Counted from the stretch's first letter, positions 50,575 through 61,500 are shown. The stretch: 64,000 nucleotides of DNA from Armatimonadota bacterium (GCA_046292385.1 JBKBRF010000018.1:1-64000); one strand, 5' to 3'. A program made the numbers and translations. Notes: generated by a model not told the origin, from the sequence alone.

Positions 50575-52044
50575 TTAGCCGAAGATGCCTTCCACTACCT
50601 TGGCCTGGATCAGCTCTCGCGGCTGGTTCAGGTGGTTGTAGACGATCGTGTCCGGCTTGATACCGAGCGAGTAGTAGACGCTCGCCAGGATGTCGGTCGG
50701 GTGGACCGGATCCTCCGCCGGGCTGGAGCCGGTGGCGTCAGACTTCCCGTACTGCACGCCGCGCTTCACGCCGGCGCCGGCGACCAGGCCGGTGTAGCAG
50801 TACGGCCAGTGGTCGCGGCCGTCCGGGGCGTTGCCGTTGCCGGAGGTGCTGACCCCCATCCGCGGGGAGCGGCCGAATTCGCCAATGGCGACGACCAGCG
50901 TGTCCTTAAGCATTCCCCGCTGGTCCAGGTCTTCCAGCAGCGCGGAGAGGGCGCTGTCGAGCTTGGGACAGTGCAGGTCCTTCAGCGGCCCGAAGTTGGA
51001 GGCATGGGTGTCCCACGCGGTCCGGGTCGGATCGCCGTTCGCCACGGAAGGCCAGTTCACTTCTACGAAGCGGGTCCCCGCCTCTACCAGGCGGCGCGCC
51101 ATCAGCACGCTCTGCCCGAAGGTGTGGCGGCCGTAGCGGTCGCGCACCTTGTCCGGCTCCTGGGTGAGGTCGAACGCCTTGCGGGCACGGCCGGAGAGGA
51201 CCAGGTCGTACGCCTGCTCGTAGTACTTGTTGAGGGCGTACTTCTCCACCGCCTTCTGGATCTCCGGCATCTCCTCGTCGAGCGACTTCCGCAGGCTGGC
51301 GCGCCGCTCCATGCGGTCCTCGCTGACGCCGGCGCGCAGCTTCAGGTCGTCGATGCGCACGGCGTTCATCTTGTTCTGATCCATGTCGTCCCCGGGCGGG
51401 AACAGGTAGTACGGATCATACGCCTTGCCGAGGAAGCCGGCGGTGCCGCCCTTGTTGACGACGTTGCTCTCCTGCATCGGCCGCGGCAGCATCACGAACG
51501 GCAGCATCGGCTGGTCCGGCGGCCGAAGCCGCGCCACCTGCGAGCCGGCGTGCGGGAAGTCGGACGGCATCGGCGGGTCGAGCTGGCCGCTGGGGGCCAC
51601 CTTGTCCGGCGTGTAGCCGGTTACCATCTGGTACATCGCCGCCGTGTGGTTGAAGAGGCCGGCCGGCGTGTAGCTGACGGAGCGGATCAGCGTCGCCTTG
51701 TCCATCTGCTGCGCCAGCAGCGGCATCGTCTCGGCGAAGTAGGTGCCGGGGATCTTGGTCGGGATCGGCTTGAACGTCCCGCGGATGTTCTCCGGCGCGT
51801 CCGGCTTCGGGTCCCAGATGTCCAGGTGACTGGGTCCGCCCTGCAGGAAGATGAAGATGACGCTCTTCGCCTTGCCGAAGGCGCCGGCCGAGCTGGACCG
51901 CTCTTCCTGCGCGGCCTGCGCCTCGCGAAGCGCCAGGATATTCGGGAGCGAGATCCCCATCAGGCTGATCCCGCCCACCCGGAGGAGGTCGCGGCGGGTG
52001 AACCCGTCGCAGAGCCGTCCGCGGCTGCCTTCGATCTTCAGCAT
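50575..52044 (-). CDS. DUF1501 domain protein (Tat-like leader)
   Basis: [41 protein letters not shown]. Confidence 0.9.
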   Translation of the reverse strand: MLKIEGSRGRLCDGFTRRDLLRVGGISLMGISLPNILALREAQAAQEERSSSAGAFGKAKSVIFIFLQGGPSHLDIWDPKPDAPENIRGTFKPIPTKIPGTYFAETMPLLAQQMDKATLIRSVSYTPAGLFNHTAAMYQMVTGYTPDKVAPSGQLDPPMPSDFPHAGSQVARLRPPDQPMLPFVMLPRPMQESNVVNKGGTAGFLGKAYDPYYLFPPGDDMDQNKMNAVRIDDLKLRAGVSEDRMERRASLRKSLDEEMPEIQKAVEKYALNKYYEQAYDLVLSGRARKAFDLTQEPDKVRDRYGRHTFGQSVLMARRLVEAGTRFVEVNWPSVANGDPTRTAWDTHASNFGPLKDLHCPKLDSALSALLEDLDQRGMLKDTLVVAIGEFGRSPRMGVSTSGNGNAPDGRDHWPYCYTGLVAGAGVKRGVQYGKSDATGSSPAEDPVHPTDILASVYYSLGIKPDTIVYNHLNQPRELIQAKVVEGIFG

Positions 52045-52102
52045 AGCTGCCTCTCCCGGGCCGTCCTCGGCCCTCTCAATCCGATCCGATCCATGTCACT
52101 GC

Positions 52103-52209
52103 TTACAGGTTGGCGTGGGCGTTATCAGGTTCACAGGTTGCAAGTTGCAGGTTCCGAACCCCGGACGCGGGGGCTCCAACCTGAAACCTGCTAACCTGCC
52201 AACCTGCAA
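52103..52209. repeat. CAGGTT/AACCTG palindromic element
   Basis: Same architecture as 15702-15790. Confidence 0.75.
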
Positions 52210-52219
52210 TAAGCCTCTC

Positions 52220-54745
52220 CTATCGATTGAACAGGAACGCCGGGCTGTTGATGAGCGCCCACAGCAGGTCCTGCGCGCCTTCCGCGCGGTCCTTGGAGCT
52301 GCGGAGGTGCGCCACCGCCTTCTGCTGCTCGGTGCGCGTCGGCTTGCGCGAGAAGGCGGCCAGATAGAGCTCCTCTACCAGCTTCTCGTCCGGCAGGTCG
52401 GACTTCACCAGCCGGGCCACGCGCCCGTTCGGGTCGGAGACCGCGTTCCCGATCGTGTCGCCGTTCATCAGGTTGAGCGCCTGGGCCAGGCTCATCTCGC
52501 TGGTCCGCTCGCACTCGCACGGGCTCTCCCGCGCCGGCCGCCCGAACAGGTCGAGGAAGCCGCCCCCCGCCACCCGGGTGTCCGGAAGCTGCTGCGCGCG
52601 GGTGCCGGCCGGCACACCCGGATACTTCTGCATGCTGCCGGTCGCCTGCGTGATCGCGTCGAGGAGCTGCTCCGCCGTCAGCCGCCGCGCCACCTGGTGC
52701 GAGAAGTTGACCGTATCGTCTGCGTTCCACTTGTTGGTGACGATGCTCGACTGGTAAGTCCGCGAGCGGACGATCGTCCGCATCAGGTGCCGCAGGTCGA
52801 ACCCGCTCTTCACGAAGTCCTGCGTCAGCGCGTCGAGCAGTGCCGCGTTGGAAGGCGGGTTGCTGCCGCGGATGTCGTCGACCGGGTCGATGATGCCCCG
52901 GCCCATGAAGTAGCTCCAGATCCGGTTGGCGGTCGACATCGCGAAGAACGGGTTCTTCGGCGAGGTCAGCCACTCCGCAAGCGCTTCGCGGCGGTTGTCG
53001 GCGTCGTCATCGGCTCCCTGGAAGCTGACCGGGAAGGCCGGCGCCATCACGCGCCCGTCCTTCGGGTGCGTCACGTCGCCGGTGCCGCGGTCGTAGACGA
53101 ACTCGTCCCCGGGGTTGCCCGGCTTGAAGCCGACCTGCGCGAAGAAGGCGCCCAGCTGGTAGTACTGGTTCTGCGTCCACCGCTCGAACGGATGGTCGTG
53201 ACACTTGTTGCAGGAGAACCGCACCCCCAGGAAGAGCTGCGTGACGTTCTCGGTGGCGGTGGAGGTATCCCGGATCACCCGCATGTAGTTGGACGCCGGG
53301 TTCTCGTAGGCGCTGCCCGAGGCAGTGAGCACCTCCCGCACGAACTGGTCGTACGGCTTGTTCTGCGCGATCGAGTCGTGGATCCACGCCCGGAACGCCT
53401 GCACGCCCTTGTCGCCCAGGAACTTGCGGTTCACCTGGAGCAGGTCGGCGAACTTGTAGGTCCAGTGGTCGTCGAACTCCGGCGACTTGAGGAGCGCCTC
53501 GATCAGCTCCGTCCGCTTCACCTGGGAAGGGCGCGGGTCGTCCAGGAACGCGCGCGCCGCGTCCGGCGTCGGCAGCAGGCCGGTCAGGTCGAGGTAGACC
53601 CGGCGGAGGAAGTCCGGGTCGCTTGCCAGCGGCGAGGGAACCGCCTTGACGCGCTGCAGCTTCTGGTCGACGAGGCGGTCGACGTAGTTGTGCTGCGGCT
53701 GCGCCGCCCATTTCCAGCCGGTGCGGTCGCCCAGCACGGTGAACTCGTTGGTCGCGTACTGTCCCTCGTAGGAGACGAGCACCGCGGACTCGCCGCGGCG
53801 GACGGAGGTCACCATCCCGCCGTCGGTGATCTCGGCGACCTCCGGCACGCTGCTGGTGAAGCGGGCCTCGCGGGTGACGTCGCGCGTGGTGCCGTCGTCG
53901 TAGTGTGCCAGCACCACCAGCTCCTGCTTCACCTCCTCGCGCTGCAGGGTGGGGTTCTTCGGCAGCACCTCCAGGCGCGCCACGCGGCTCGTCTTGCCGA
54001 CGTCCGACTTCACCCCCTGAGCGATCCACTCGCGCATCACCTTGTAGGGGCGGGAATTCTTCTCGAAGACGAGGCCGCCCTGGTGGGGCACTTCCTGGAT
54101 CGGCTTCAGCAGGATGAGGCTCTGGTCCGGATCGGCCCGGTTGAACCGGCGTCCGGATACCTCCTCCACCAGCACGTGGTAGTCGAAGTCGGGATCGTAG
54201 CCGCGGAGCGAGAGCTTGAAGCCGTTCTTGCCCTTGGCGGCGCCGTGACAGGTGCCGGCGTTGCAGCCGGCCTTGCTCAGAATCGGGAGGACGTCCCGCA
54301 CGAAGCTCACCGGCGGCTGCGCCAGGCTCTTCACCGTTACTGGCAGGCGGGCGGTCTTGCCCGCCGCCCTCACCAGCACGTGCCCGGCTCCCGCCTTCTT
54401 GGGATGGAAGTAGCCGCCGGAGACCACGGTCACCAGCCCGCCTTCCGGCCGCAGGGCGGCGGAGTTCGTGAGGTCGACCGTCGTGCCGTCTTTCCGGACG
54501 CCGGTCACCAGCACGCGCCGCTCGTCGCGGCCGTTCAGCAGCGTCACCGACTCGGGAAGCAGCTTCAGGGAGACGACCGGCGATTCCGCCGGCCGCGCGG
54601 GAGGCTTCGGCGCCGCTTTCGCCCGGGCCGGAGCGGCGAAGCCGGGGGCCGCCGTCGCGAGGGTCCCGGCGAGCACCGCGGCTGCGGTGAGGATTTTGCT
54701 CAGCTCCATCCGTCGTTTACTCCGTCTCATTGCGCCACCGCTCAT
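52220..54745 (-). CDS. DUF1549/DUF1553 protein with Ig-like domains and heme-binding-type motifs
   Basis: GCNAGTCHG, FLRRVYLDL.G..P, CNKCHDHPF, NRIW..FMGRG, RRLTAEQ, FG.PARE..CECER; start could be 54730 or 54709. Confidence 0.9.
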   Translation of the reverse strand: MSGGAMRRSKRRMELSKILTAAAVLAGTLATAAPGFAAPARAKAAPKPPARPAESPVVSLKLLPESVTLLNGRDERRVLVTGVRKDGTTVDLTNSAALRPEGGLVTVVSGGYFHPKKAGAGHVLVRAAGKTARLPVTVKSLAQPPVSFVRDVLPILSKAGCNAGTCHGAAKGKNGFKLSLRGYDPDFDYHVLVEEVSGRRFNRADPDQSLILLKPIQEVPHQGGLVFEKNSRPYKVMREWIAQGVKSDVGKTSRVARLEVLPKNPTLQREEVKQELVVLAHYDDGTTRDVTREARFTSSVPEVAEITDGGMVTSVRRGESAVLVSYEGQYATNEFTVLGDRTGWKWAAQPQHNYVDRLVDQKLQRVKAVPSPLASDPDFLRRVYLDLTGLLPTPDAARAFLDDPRPSQVKRTELIEALLKSPEFDDHWTYKFADLLQVNRKFLGDKGVQAFRAWIHDSIAQNKPYDQFVREVLTASGSAYENPASNYMRVIRDTSTATENVTQLFLGVRFSCNKCHDHPFERWTQNQYYQLGAFFAQVGFKPGNPGDEFVYDRGTGDVTHPKDGRVMAPAFPVSFQGADDDADNRREALAEWLTSPKNPFFAMSTANRIWSYFMGRGIIDPVDDIRGSNPPSNAALLDALTQDFVKSGFDLRHLMRTIVRSRTYQSSIVTNKWNADDTVNFSHQVARRLTAEQLLDAITQATGSMQKYPGVPAGTRAQQLPDTRVAGGGFLDLFGRPARESPCECERTSEMSLAQALNLMNGDTIGNAVSDPNGRVARLVKSDLPDEKLVEELYLAAFSRKPTRTEQQKAVAHLRSSKDRAEGAQDLLWALINSPAFLFNR

Positions 54746-56127
54746 TTCGCCGCTACTTTCGGCTGCCGCCGGGTGATGGGGACCGGCACGAACTCTTTCG
54801 CCAGCTTGCCGTCCGCCGCGCTGTAGAGCCGGATGTTGCCGTCGAAGCCCACGGTCGCCAGGCGGTCTCCCTTGGGATGCCACGCCAGCGAGTGGATCGC
54901 GCCGGAGTGGCCCTGGATCGTTCCGGCGCGGGTGCCGTCCGCGACTTTGTAGATCCTCACCTCGGACGAGTCCCCGCCCACGGCGAGCAGCGAGCCGTCC
55001 GGGTTGAAGGCGAGGGAGAAGATCGGACCGTCCAGCTTTTCGAAGGTGCGCAGCAGGTTGTAGTCGTCCCGGTTGATCGTCCGCGCCTGCTTCTTGTGGA
55101 TCGAGTAGAGGCGGACCAGCCCCTCTTCCCCACCCACGGCCACTTCATCGACCCCGGGCCGGCGCGCCATCGCGCTGTAGCCGCCGTTGTAGACCTGGTA
55201 ATTGATGTCGTCGACGAAGTTCTTGGTAGCGATCTCCACCAGCTTGACCGCGCGGTCCCGGCTGGTGCTGATCATGTGCTTGCTGTCCGAGGAGAAGGTG
55301 GTGGAGAAGACCCAGTCGCTGTGGTTCTCGAACTTGAGCAGCTGCTCCGCCTGCGGCACCGAGTAGAGGTAGGCCGCCTTCTCCGCGCCGCCGAACGCCA
55401 CCAGCTTGCCGTCCGGCGAGAACGAGACGCCGTAGAGCACGTCGAACCCGATCTCCACGCTCTTGAGCTGCTTCCGCGTCGCCACGTCCCAGAGCTGCAG
55501 CTCGCCGAACTTGCAGGAGGTGCCGCCCACCGCGGCGAGGGTTTTGGCGTCCGGTGAGAACGCGAGCGACTCGATCCGCTGGCTGCGCCCCACCAGCCGG
55601 CCCAGCAGGCCGCTGCCGTCCGCCTTGTGCAGCAGGATCTCGCGGTAGCCGGCCACCGCCAGCGTCTCGCCGTCCGGGGAGTAGGCGAGAGAGGAGATGA
55701 CCGGCGGCTGCGTGTAGACCGGCGGGCGGCTCGGCCCGATCGGGTCGTTGGTCACCGGGGTGTCGTCCCGGGCGCCCTGCTCGATCCAGAGGCGGATCGT
55801 CTCCACCTCCCTGGCGTTCAGCGGCGGCATGTCTTTCGGCATGCTCGGGTTCTTACCGCTGATCAGCTTGTAGAGCGGGCTGTCCGCCGGCTTGCCGGAG
55901 ACGAAGCCCGGGCCGAGGGTGCCGCCGGACTTCAGCGCCGCGTAGGTGACGACGCTCAGCTTGCCGCCGCGGATGGACGGCTGGTGGCAGCCGGCACACT
56001 GCCGCTTCAGGATCGGCTGGACGTCCTTATGGAAGCTCACCGCCGCGGGCGCGGCGGAGGAAGCTCCGCCGAGGAGCGCGAGGAATCCGGCGGTGACGCC
56101 GGTAAGGCTGAGGGTGACGCGAAGCAT
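54742..56127 (-). CDS. Planctomycete-type cytochrome c + WD40 repeat protein
   Basis: VSF.KDV.PIL...CAGCH, MP, WIEQGA; several FSPDG WD40 repeats. Confidence 0.9.
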   Translation of the reverse strand: MLRVTLSLTGVTAGFLALLGGASSAAPAAVSFHKDVQPILKRQCAGCHQPSIRGGKLSVVTYAALKSGGTLGPGFVSGKPADSPLYKLISGKNPSMPKDMPPLNAREVETIRLWIEQGARDDTPVTNDPIGPSRPPVYTQPPVISSLAYSPDGETLAVAGYREILLHKADGSGLLGRLVGRSQRIESLAFSPDAKTLAAVGGTSCKFGELQLWDVATRKQLKSVEIGFDVLYGVSFSPDGKLVAFGGAEKAAYLYSVPQAEQLLKFENHSDWVFSTTFSSDSKHMISTSRDRAVKLVEIATKNFVDDINYQVYNGGYSAMARRPGVDEVAVGGEEGLVRLYSIHKKQARTINRDDYNLLRTFEKLDGPIFSLAFNPDGSLLAVGGDSSEVRIYKVADGTRAGTIQGHSGAIHSLAWHPKGDRLATVGFDGNIRLYSAADGKLAKEFVPVPITRRQPKVAAK

Positions 56128-56245
56128 AGGAGACTGCGTTTCGAAGCCGCGCAGGCAGGACCACAGGACGCCTGTGCCGGCGTACTCTGTGAGAACCCCG
56201 CCCGGTGGCAGGGTTTCTCGTTTCTGACACTTATCGCCCGGGCAC

Positions 56246-57211
56246 TTACCGGCGGCCGCGCGCCGGAGCCTTCGCCGGGCGGACCATCAGCCAGTTCACG
56301 ACCTTCTTGTCGCTCTCGGCCTCTTTCACCGCCTGCTCCGCGATCTTCTGGGCATGGCTGCGCATGAACTGGCTCACCACGTACCCCTTCAGGTAGAGCG
56401 TGTCGCCGTCTTCCACCACGCGGATCTCGTTCCCCGGGCGATCGAGCGTGTCGTCGAAGGCGAGATCGATCTGCACCGCCCCCGCGACGTCTGCGCCCTC
56501 GCCGCCGCCAAAGAGCCCGCCGCCGCCCGCGGCACCTGCCTGCATCGCCTGCCCCAGCAGCCCGGCCAGCCCACCGCCCGCCGCCTTGCCGCTCTCCTCG
56601 ATCTCCTTCTGGAGGTCGAACGGGCGGAGGTCGGTCATCGCGCCGATGGTGCGGACGTTCACCAGCGCCAGCTTCAGTTCGGATTCCTCGGTCATCTTGC
56701 CGCCGCCGCCGAAGAGGGCGCCGAAGTCCGGCTCCGCGTCTTCATCCTCTTCGTCTTCGTCCTCGTCCGCTTCTGCCTGCGCGGCCATCGCGGCGAGGTC
56801 GAGAGTGGGCGCCTCGTACCGGTACGTCACCAGGAAGGTCTCCCCGCCCAGCACCAGCGTCTGGCCGCGCGTGTAGGAAACCGGATCTTCCTTCTCACCG
56901 CCGCCGAAGAGCGAGCCCAGGAGCGACATCCCGAGCATCGCCGCCGCGCCGTCGTCCGCGCCGCCCTCGCCCCCGGCTTTGCCGGCGTTGGCCGCCATGC
57001 CGAGCTGCATGAGCTGCTTCATCATGTCCATGCCGTCGCTTTTCGGCGCGGCATCTTTGATCCGCATCCGGCGCCACTGCGGCCCGAGTTCCTTGAGCTT
57101 GAGCGTGTACGGAAGCTCGGCCCCGAAGACCTGCTGGTCCGGCGAGACCGACTGTGCCGCCGCCGGAGCGGCGAGCGCGAGCGGAAGGAAAAGGAGCAAG
57201 GCGCGCTTCAT
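56246..57211 (-). CDS. Secreted protein with C-terminal BON-like domain
   Basis: Signal peptide; I.V...G..LYLKG.V....A..IA.....VVN.L.V pattern. Confidence 0.65.
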   Translation of the reverse strand: MKRALLLFLPLALAAPAAAQSVSPDQQVFGAELPYTLKLKELGPQWRRMRIKDAAPKSDGMDMMKQLMQLGMAANAGKAGGEGGADDGAAAMLGMSLLGSLFGGGEKEDPVSYTRGQTLVLGGETFLVTYRYEAPTLDLAAMAAQAEADEDEDEEDEDAEPDFGALFGGGGKMTEESELKLALVNVRTIGAMTDLRPFDLQKEIEESGKAAGGGLAGLLGQAMQAGAAGGGGLFGGGEGADVAGAVQIDLAFDDTLDRPGNEIRVVEDGDTLYLKGYVVSQFMRSHAQKIAEQAVKEAESDKKVVNWLMVRPAKAPARGRR

Positions 57212-57384
57212 CGGGAGGTCTCCAAAAGGGTCACACCACTAACGAAGCAGTTCGCAGCGCCGCGAGGGAGTTCCTACCGTGAGCAAGATGGAAGAGGGGA
57301 GATGGGAGAGGAAAGAGCGCTCGTCGGAGGTGTGTGCGGCCGGGCGCGATTTCGGTGGTCGTGAATGGGGTGCAATAATGGGGT

Positions 57385-57430
57385 GCAATAAGGAAGGGCA
57401 GGCGAGTCTTCGCCTGCCCTTCCTTATTGC
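57385..57430. terminator. Perfect 21-bp hairpin downstream of the sulfatase gene
   Basis: GCAATAAGGAAGGGCAGGCGA-GTCT-TCGCCTGCCCTTCCTTATTGC. Confidence 0.6.
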
Positions 57431-57465
57431 GTTCTGGTCTCCGGAATGGAATGGCGGGGTGGGCG

Positions 57466-59028
57466 TCAGTCGTCCCCCTCCGCATCCTTCTCGAGCGGCG
57501 CATTCGGCGCGTTCCGCTTCGGCAGCCACGCGGCGAGCTGCGCTTTCACCTCCGCCAGCTCCTTCCGGTCCGCCAGGTTGGTCCATTCCTTGGGGTCGTC
57601 CTGGTGGTCGTACAGCTCTTCGGCACCGTTGGCGTACCGGATGTAGCGCCAGCGCTCGGAGCGGACGGCGTGGTTATTGCGCCCGTAGGTGGTGACCACC
57701 GGCCGGTCCCATTCGGCATACGGGCGGCGAAGCAGCGGCACCAGGCTTTGCCCCTCTACCCCCTCGCCCGGCGGCAGCCCGCACAACTCGGTCAGGGTGG
57801 GATACACGTCGAGCAGGCTCACGGTGCGCGGGCTCGTCTGCCCCGGGCGCGTCACTCCCGGCGCCACCACCATCAGCGGCACTCGGGTCGCTTCCTCCCA
57901 CAGGGTGAACTTGCGCCAGTGCTGCTTCTCTCCCAGGTGCCAGCCGTGGTCGCTCCACAGGACGATGATGGTGTTCTCCGCGTGCGGGCTGCGGTCGAGC
58001 GCGTCGAGCACGCGGCCGACACAGGCGTCCGCGAAGGTGATGCTGGCCAGGTAGCCCTGCACCGCCTTCTCCCAGTTGCCGGACTCGACGACCTTCCTGT
58101 GGTCCCCCTCCGGCCGCGCCAGCCGCCGGCCGGGGGCGGGCACGTCGTCCAGGTCCTGCGGGTTCACCACCGGCAGTCGGATCGACGCCTCCGGGTACCG
58201 CTCGAAGTAGGGGCGCGGAACGAACCAGGGGAGGTGCGGCCGGTAGATGCCGACCGCCAGGAAGAACGGGTCTTCGTGCTCTCGCTGCAGATACTCGGAG
58301 GCCCAGTCGGCCACCTTCCAGTCGGCCATCGCCTCATCCGGCGCGTCGATGGGACCCCAATCGAAGTGCGCGGTCTTCGGAATGCCGTTGAGCGGGCGCT
58401 GCTTCGGAACGGGATCGCCGGCCGGCCTGGTGTAGTAGTCCCACGAGCGCTCGTCGTTCTGGCCGCCGTGGAAGATCTTCCCCACGCCGGCCACGGTGTA
58501 GCCGTTCCGCCGGAAGTGCTCCGGCAGCATCACCGCCTGCGGCATCGCCGGCCGCCACGCGTGGTCGTTCTCGTAGACGCCCGTGGTCGACGGCCGCAGG
58601 CCGCTCAGCAGCGCCACGCGTGAGGGATTGCACGCGGGAGCCGCCGTGTGTGCGCGCGTGAAGAGCACCCCCCGCCGGGAGAGCCGGTCCAGGTTGGGCG
58701 TGCGTACGCCCGGATAGCCGCCCATGACTCCGACCCAGTCGTTCAGGTCATCGACCGCGATGAAGAGGACGTTCGGACGCGGCGCCGGCGCGGAGGCTTC
58801 GGCGGTTCCGGTGGCTGCCGCCGCCTCCGCGGCGACGTTCGCGCCGGCGCGCGCCCCGGCGCTTAGGGCCAGGAAGACGGCCAGCAGTACCCCCGCCCCG
58901 AGCCGCCGCCCGGGTGCCGGGCTCTCGGCGTCGTGAGCTCGCAGAGGAGCCCCTCGCCCGCTCCGTTTCAGGCGCGAAACGGCCCGGGTAAGGGCCAGAC
59001 GAAGGGGAGGAGGAAGTTGGATGCCCAT
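57466..59028 (-). CDS. Sulfatase (iduronate-2-sulfatase-like)
   Basis: PNVLFIAVDDL, CNPSR, GKIFH, RPHLP, SDHGWHLGEK; true start probably downstream of 59028 because it abuts a divergent gene. Confidence 0.9.
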   Translation of the reverse strand: MGIQLPPPLRLALTRAVSRLKRSGRGAPLRAHDAESPAPGRRLGAGVLLAVFLALSAGARAGANVAAEAAAATGTAEASAPAPRPNVLFIAVDDLNDWVGVMGGYPGVRTPNLDRLSRRGVLFTRAHTAAPACNPSRVALLSGLRPSTTGVYENDHAWRPAMPQAVMLPEHFRRNGYTVAGVGKIFHGGQNDERSWDYYTRPAGDPVPKQRPLNGIPKTAHFDWGPIDAPDEAMADWKVADWASEYLQREHEDPFFLAVGIYRPHLPWFVPRPYFERYPEASIRLPVVNPQDLDDVPAPGRRLARPEGDHRKVVESGNWEKAVQGYLASITFADACVGRVLDALDRSPHAENTIIVLWSDHGWHLGEKQHWRKFTLWEEATRVPLMVVAPGVTRPGQTSPRTVSLLDVYPTLTELCGLPPGEGVEGQSLVPLLRRPYAEWDRPVVTTYGRNNHAVRSERWRYIRYANGAEELYDHQDDPKEWTNLADRKELAEVKAQLAAWLPKRNAPNAPLEKDAEGDD

Positions 59029-59293
59029 AATTAAGAGACGCCTCGATATCTGTGGCCGAGAAAAGTCCTGGGAGTATGTTGTCGAGTCTGCCGGAGAGCG
59101 CTTCGAAGTGACCGCCCGCCAGATCGGCCGGGACGATCCGACCTATCTCTGCTCCTGCGGGGTCTGCGTGGAAGGCGAGAACCCGCCCGAGCTCTTCTTT
59201 TTGCCCGACTTCAATTCTCCGTGCGTGCACATCGCGGAAGCGCAGCGGGACCTCAGCATCGCTCGCCAGGCTGCCGCCCAGATGGTCAACTGA
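59021..59293 (+). CDS. Small SWIM-type zinc-finger protein
   Basis: Strong RBS GGAGGAGG; V.S.G..F.V...CSC....PCVHI (CxC..CxH). Confidence 0.7.
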   Translation: MPIIKRRLDICGREKSWEYVVESAGERFEVTARQIGRDDPTYLCSCGVCVEGENPPELFFLPDFNSPCVHIAEAQRDLSIARQAAAQMVN

Positions 59294-59311
59294 ACGCTCG
59301 AGGGACAGGCC

Positions 59312-59390
59312 GTTAGCAGGTGGACAGGTTGCAGGTTCGGACCCCGCTTAGCGGCGGCAAACCTGCAGCCTGGTTACCGGCAAACCTGAA
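59312..59390. repeat. CAGGTT/AACCTG palindromic element
   Basis: Degenerate fourth copy. Confidence 0.6.
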
Positions 59391-59546
59391 GCCAGTCCCA
59401 GGCTCGCTCCCCTGCTTCTGCTCCCTCGATTCCGCCTTGCGGGCCTCTCCCGCCCTCATCGGATCAGACCCGCGCCTAGCCTGGCGCGTTCCCGGGTTGC
59501 CGGGGCGCGCCACTGTTTGCGAAGATTCTACTCACCCGCGGTTCGG

Positions 59547-59575
59547 TTGACGCTCCCGCGGGGCTTGCCTATACT
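59547..59575 (+). promoter_or_regulatory. Sigma70-type promoter of guaB
   Basis: TTGACG-17 nt-TATACT. Confidence 0.7.
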
Positions 59576-59623
59576 TCCCCAAATACCAGGAATGACACGG
59601 CGAGCGAGATGGCAGGAGGTCGC

Positions 59624-61144
59624 ATGAGCACGCTGGTCGAAGCCCAGCTCGACGGGGTCGACGCGGAAACCTTATTTAGTTCCGGGATCGGCCTGACGTA
59701 CGATGACATCATCATCCTCCCCGGTTACATAGATTTCCCCTACACTGACGTCCGCCTCGAGACGCACCTCACCCGCAATATCCGCATCAAGCGTCCCCTC
59801 GTCAGCTCCCCGATGGACACGGTGACCGAGTCACAGATGGCCATCACGCTGGCACTCCTCGGCGGGATCGGCATCCTCCACTACAACAACTCCGTCGAGG
59901 AGCACGTGGAGATGGTCCGCAAGGTGAAGCGCTACGAGAACGGCTTCATCACCGACCCGGTGGCGCTCTCCCCCAACCACCAGATCCACCACGTCGACGA
60001 GATCAAGGCGCGCCACGGCTTCTCCGGGATCCCGATCACCGAGGATGGGACGCTCTCCACGCGGCTGGTTGGGATCGTCACTAACCGGGATACCGACTTC
60101 ATCAAGGACCGGAGCTGCCCCCTGCGCGAGGTGATGTCGACCGACCTCATCACCGCGCCCAAGGGGATCACCCTGAGCGAGGCGAACCGGATCCTCCGCT
60201 CCACCAAGGTCGGCAAGCTGCCGGTGGTCGATGAAAACGGCCGGCTGGTGGCGCTGGTGGCCCGGCGCGACCTGCTGAAGAACCAGAACTTCCCGGACTC
60301 CTCCAAGGACGCGGGCAAGCAGCTCCTCTGCGGCGCGGCGGTCTCTACCCGGGACGAGGACCGGGAGCGGGTCGACGCCCTGGTGGAGGCGGGCGTGAAC
60401 GTGCTGGTGGTCGACGCCGCCCAGGGGCACTCGATCTACCAGCAGCGGATGCTCGCCTACATCAAGAGCCGCCACTCGCACGTCGACGTGATCGCCGGCA
60501 ACGTGGTGACCACGCAGCAGGCGGAGACGCTGATCCACAGCGGAGCGGACGCCCTCCGCATCGGCATGGGTCCCGGCTCCATCTGCATCACGCAGAACAT
60601 GATGGCGGTCGGCCGGCCCCAGGCGACCGCGGTCTACAAGACCGCCGCCTTCGCCCGCCGCTACGGCGTGCCGGTGATCGCGGACGGCGGCGTGAACGGC
60701 ATCGGCCCGATGTCGAAGGCGATCGCCCTCGGCGCCAGCTCCGTGATGGTCGGCAACCTGCTCGCCGGCACCGCGGAAGCCCCCGGCGAGTACTTCTACG
60801 AGAACGGCGTCCGCGTGAAGCGCTACCGCGGCATGGCGAGCCTCGAAGCGATGGAAGTGGGCGGCGCCAAGCGCTACCTCTCCGGCGAGCGGGACGTGGT
60901 GAAGGTGCCCCAGGGCGTCACCGGCACGGTGGTCGACAAGGGCTCCCTGGTCGACTACCTCCCCTACCTGATGAAGGGCCTGCAGCAGTCGCTCCAGGAC
61001 ATGGGCTTCCGGGACATCCCCTCGCTCCATACCGCCCTCTGGGACGGCCGCCTCCGCATGGAGCGCCGCACCCCGAACGCGGCGGCGGAGGGCAGCGTCC
61101 ACAGCCTGGTCAGCTACCAGCAGCCCCGCTTCGGCATCCGCTAG
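59624..61144 (+). CDS. guaB: IMP dehydrogenase with CBS domains
   Basis: [35 protein letters not shown] pair. Confidence 0.96.
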   Translation: MSTLVEAQLDGVDAETLFSSGIGLTYDDIIILPGYIDFPYTDVRLETHLTRNIRIKRPLVSSPMDTVTESQMAITLALLGGIGILHYNNSVEEHVEMVRKVKRYENGFITDPVALSPNHQIHHVDEIKARHGFSGIPITEDGTLSTRLVGIVTNRDTDFIKDRSCPLREVMSTDLITAPKGITLSEANRILRSTKVGKLPVVDENGRLVALVARRDLLKNQNFPDSSKDAGKQLLCGAAVSTRDEDRERVDALVEAGVNVLVVDAAQGHSIYQQRMLAYIKSRHSHVDVIAGNVVTTQQAETLIHSGADALRIGMGPGSICITQNMMAVGRPQATAVYKTAAFARRYGVPVIADGGVNGIGPMSKAIALGASSVMVGNLLAGTAEAPGEYFYENGVRVKRYRGMASLEAMEVGGAKRYLSGERDVVKVPQGVTGTVVDKGSLVDYLPYLMKGLQQSLQDMGFRDIPSLHTALWDGRLRMERRTPNAAAEGSVHSLVSYQQPRFGIR

Positions 61145-61166
61145 AGTCCGGGGTTTCTTGGGAGTT

Positions 61167-61201
61167 GCAGGGCCGTCCGGTGGGACGGCCCTGTGCTTTT
61201 T
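61167..61201 (+). terminator. Rho-independent terminator after guaB
   Basis: CAGGGCCGTCC/GGACGGCCCTG stem followed by a T-run. Confidence 0.8.
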
Positions 61202-61311
61202 CTGGGTCGAATCGCGGGTTTGTCGGCGGGGCGGAAGGCAGCGATGTCACCGCCGGTTCGCCCCCGCGCCCCCTCACTTGCTCGTCGCACAGCAGCGACC
61301 ATCCCGAGCGT

Positions 61312-61500
61312 CCGACCCCGCGCCCTTGTGCCGGGAGACAGCCCTCACGCGACGAAGGCCCTCCGCCGGCCCTCCCACGCCCTTCGGGCTAACGGGCCGC
61401 TCCGGAAGTGCGCTCCGTTGAGCTCATCCCGCGCCACCCCGCCCTACCACGACAGAGGCTGAGTTCACGGGCCGCCTCCCGGCCCACCCGTACGGGTGGT
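61312..61500 (-). repeat. Structured intergenic repeat element, copy 3 of 4
   Basis: Reverse-complement copy; stem retained with two G-U pairs. Confidence 0.8.
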
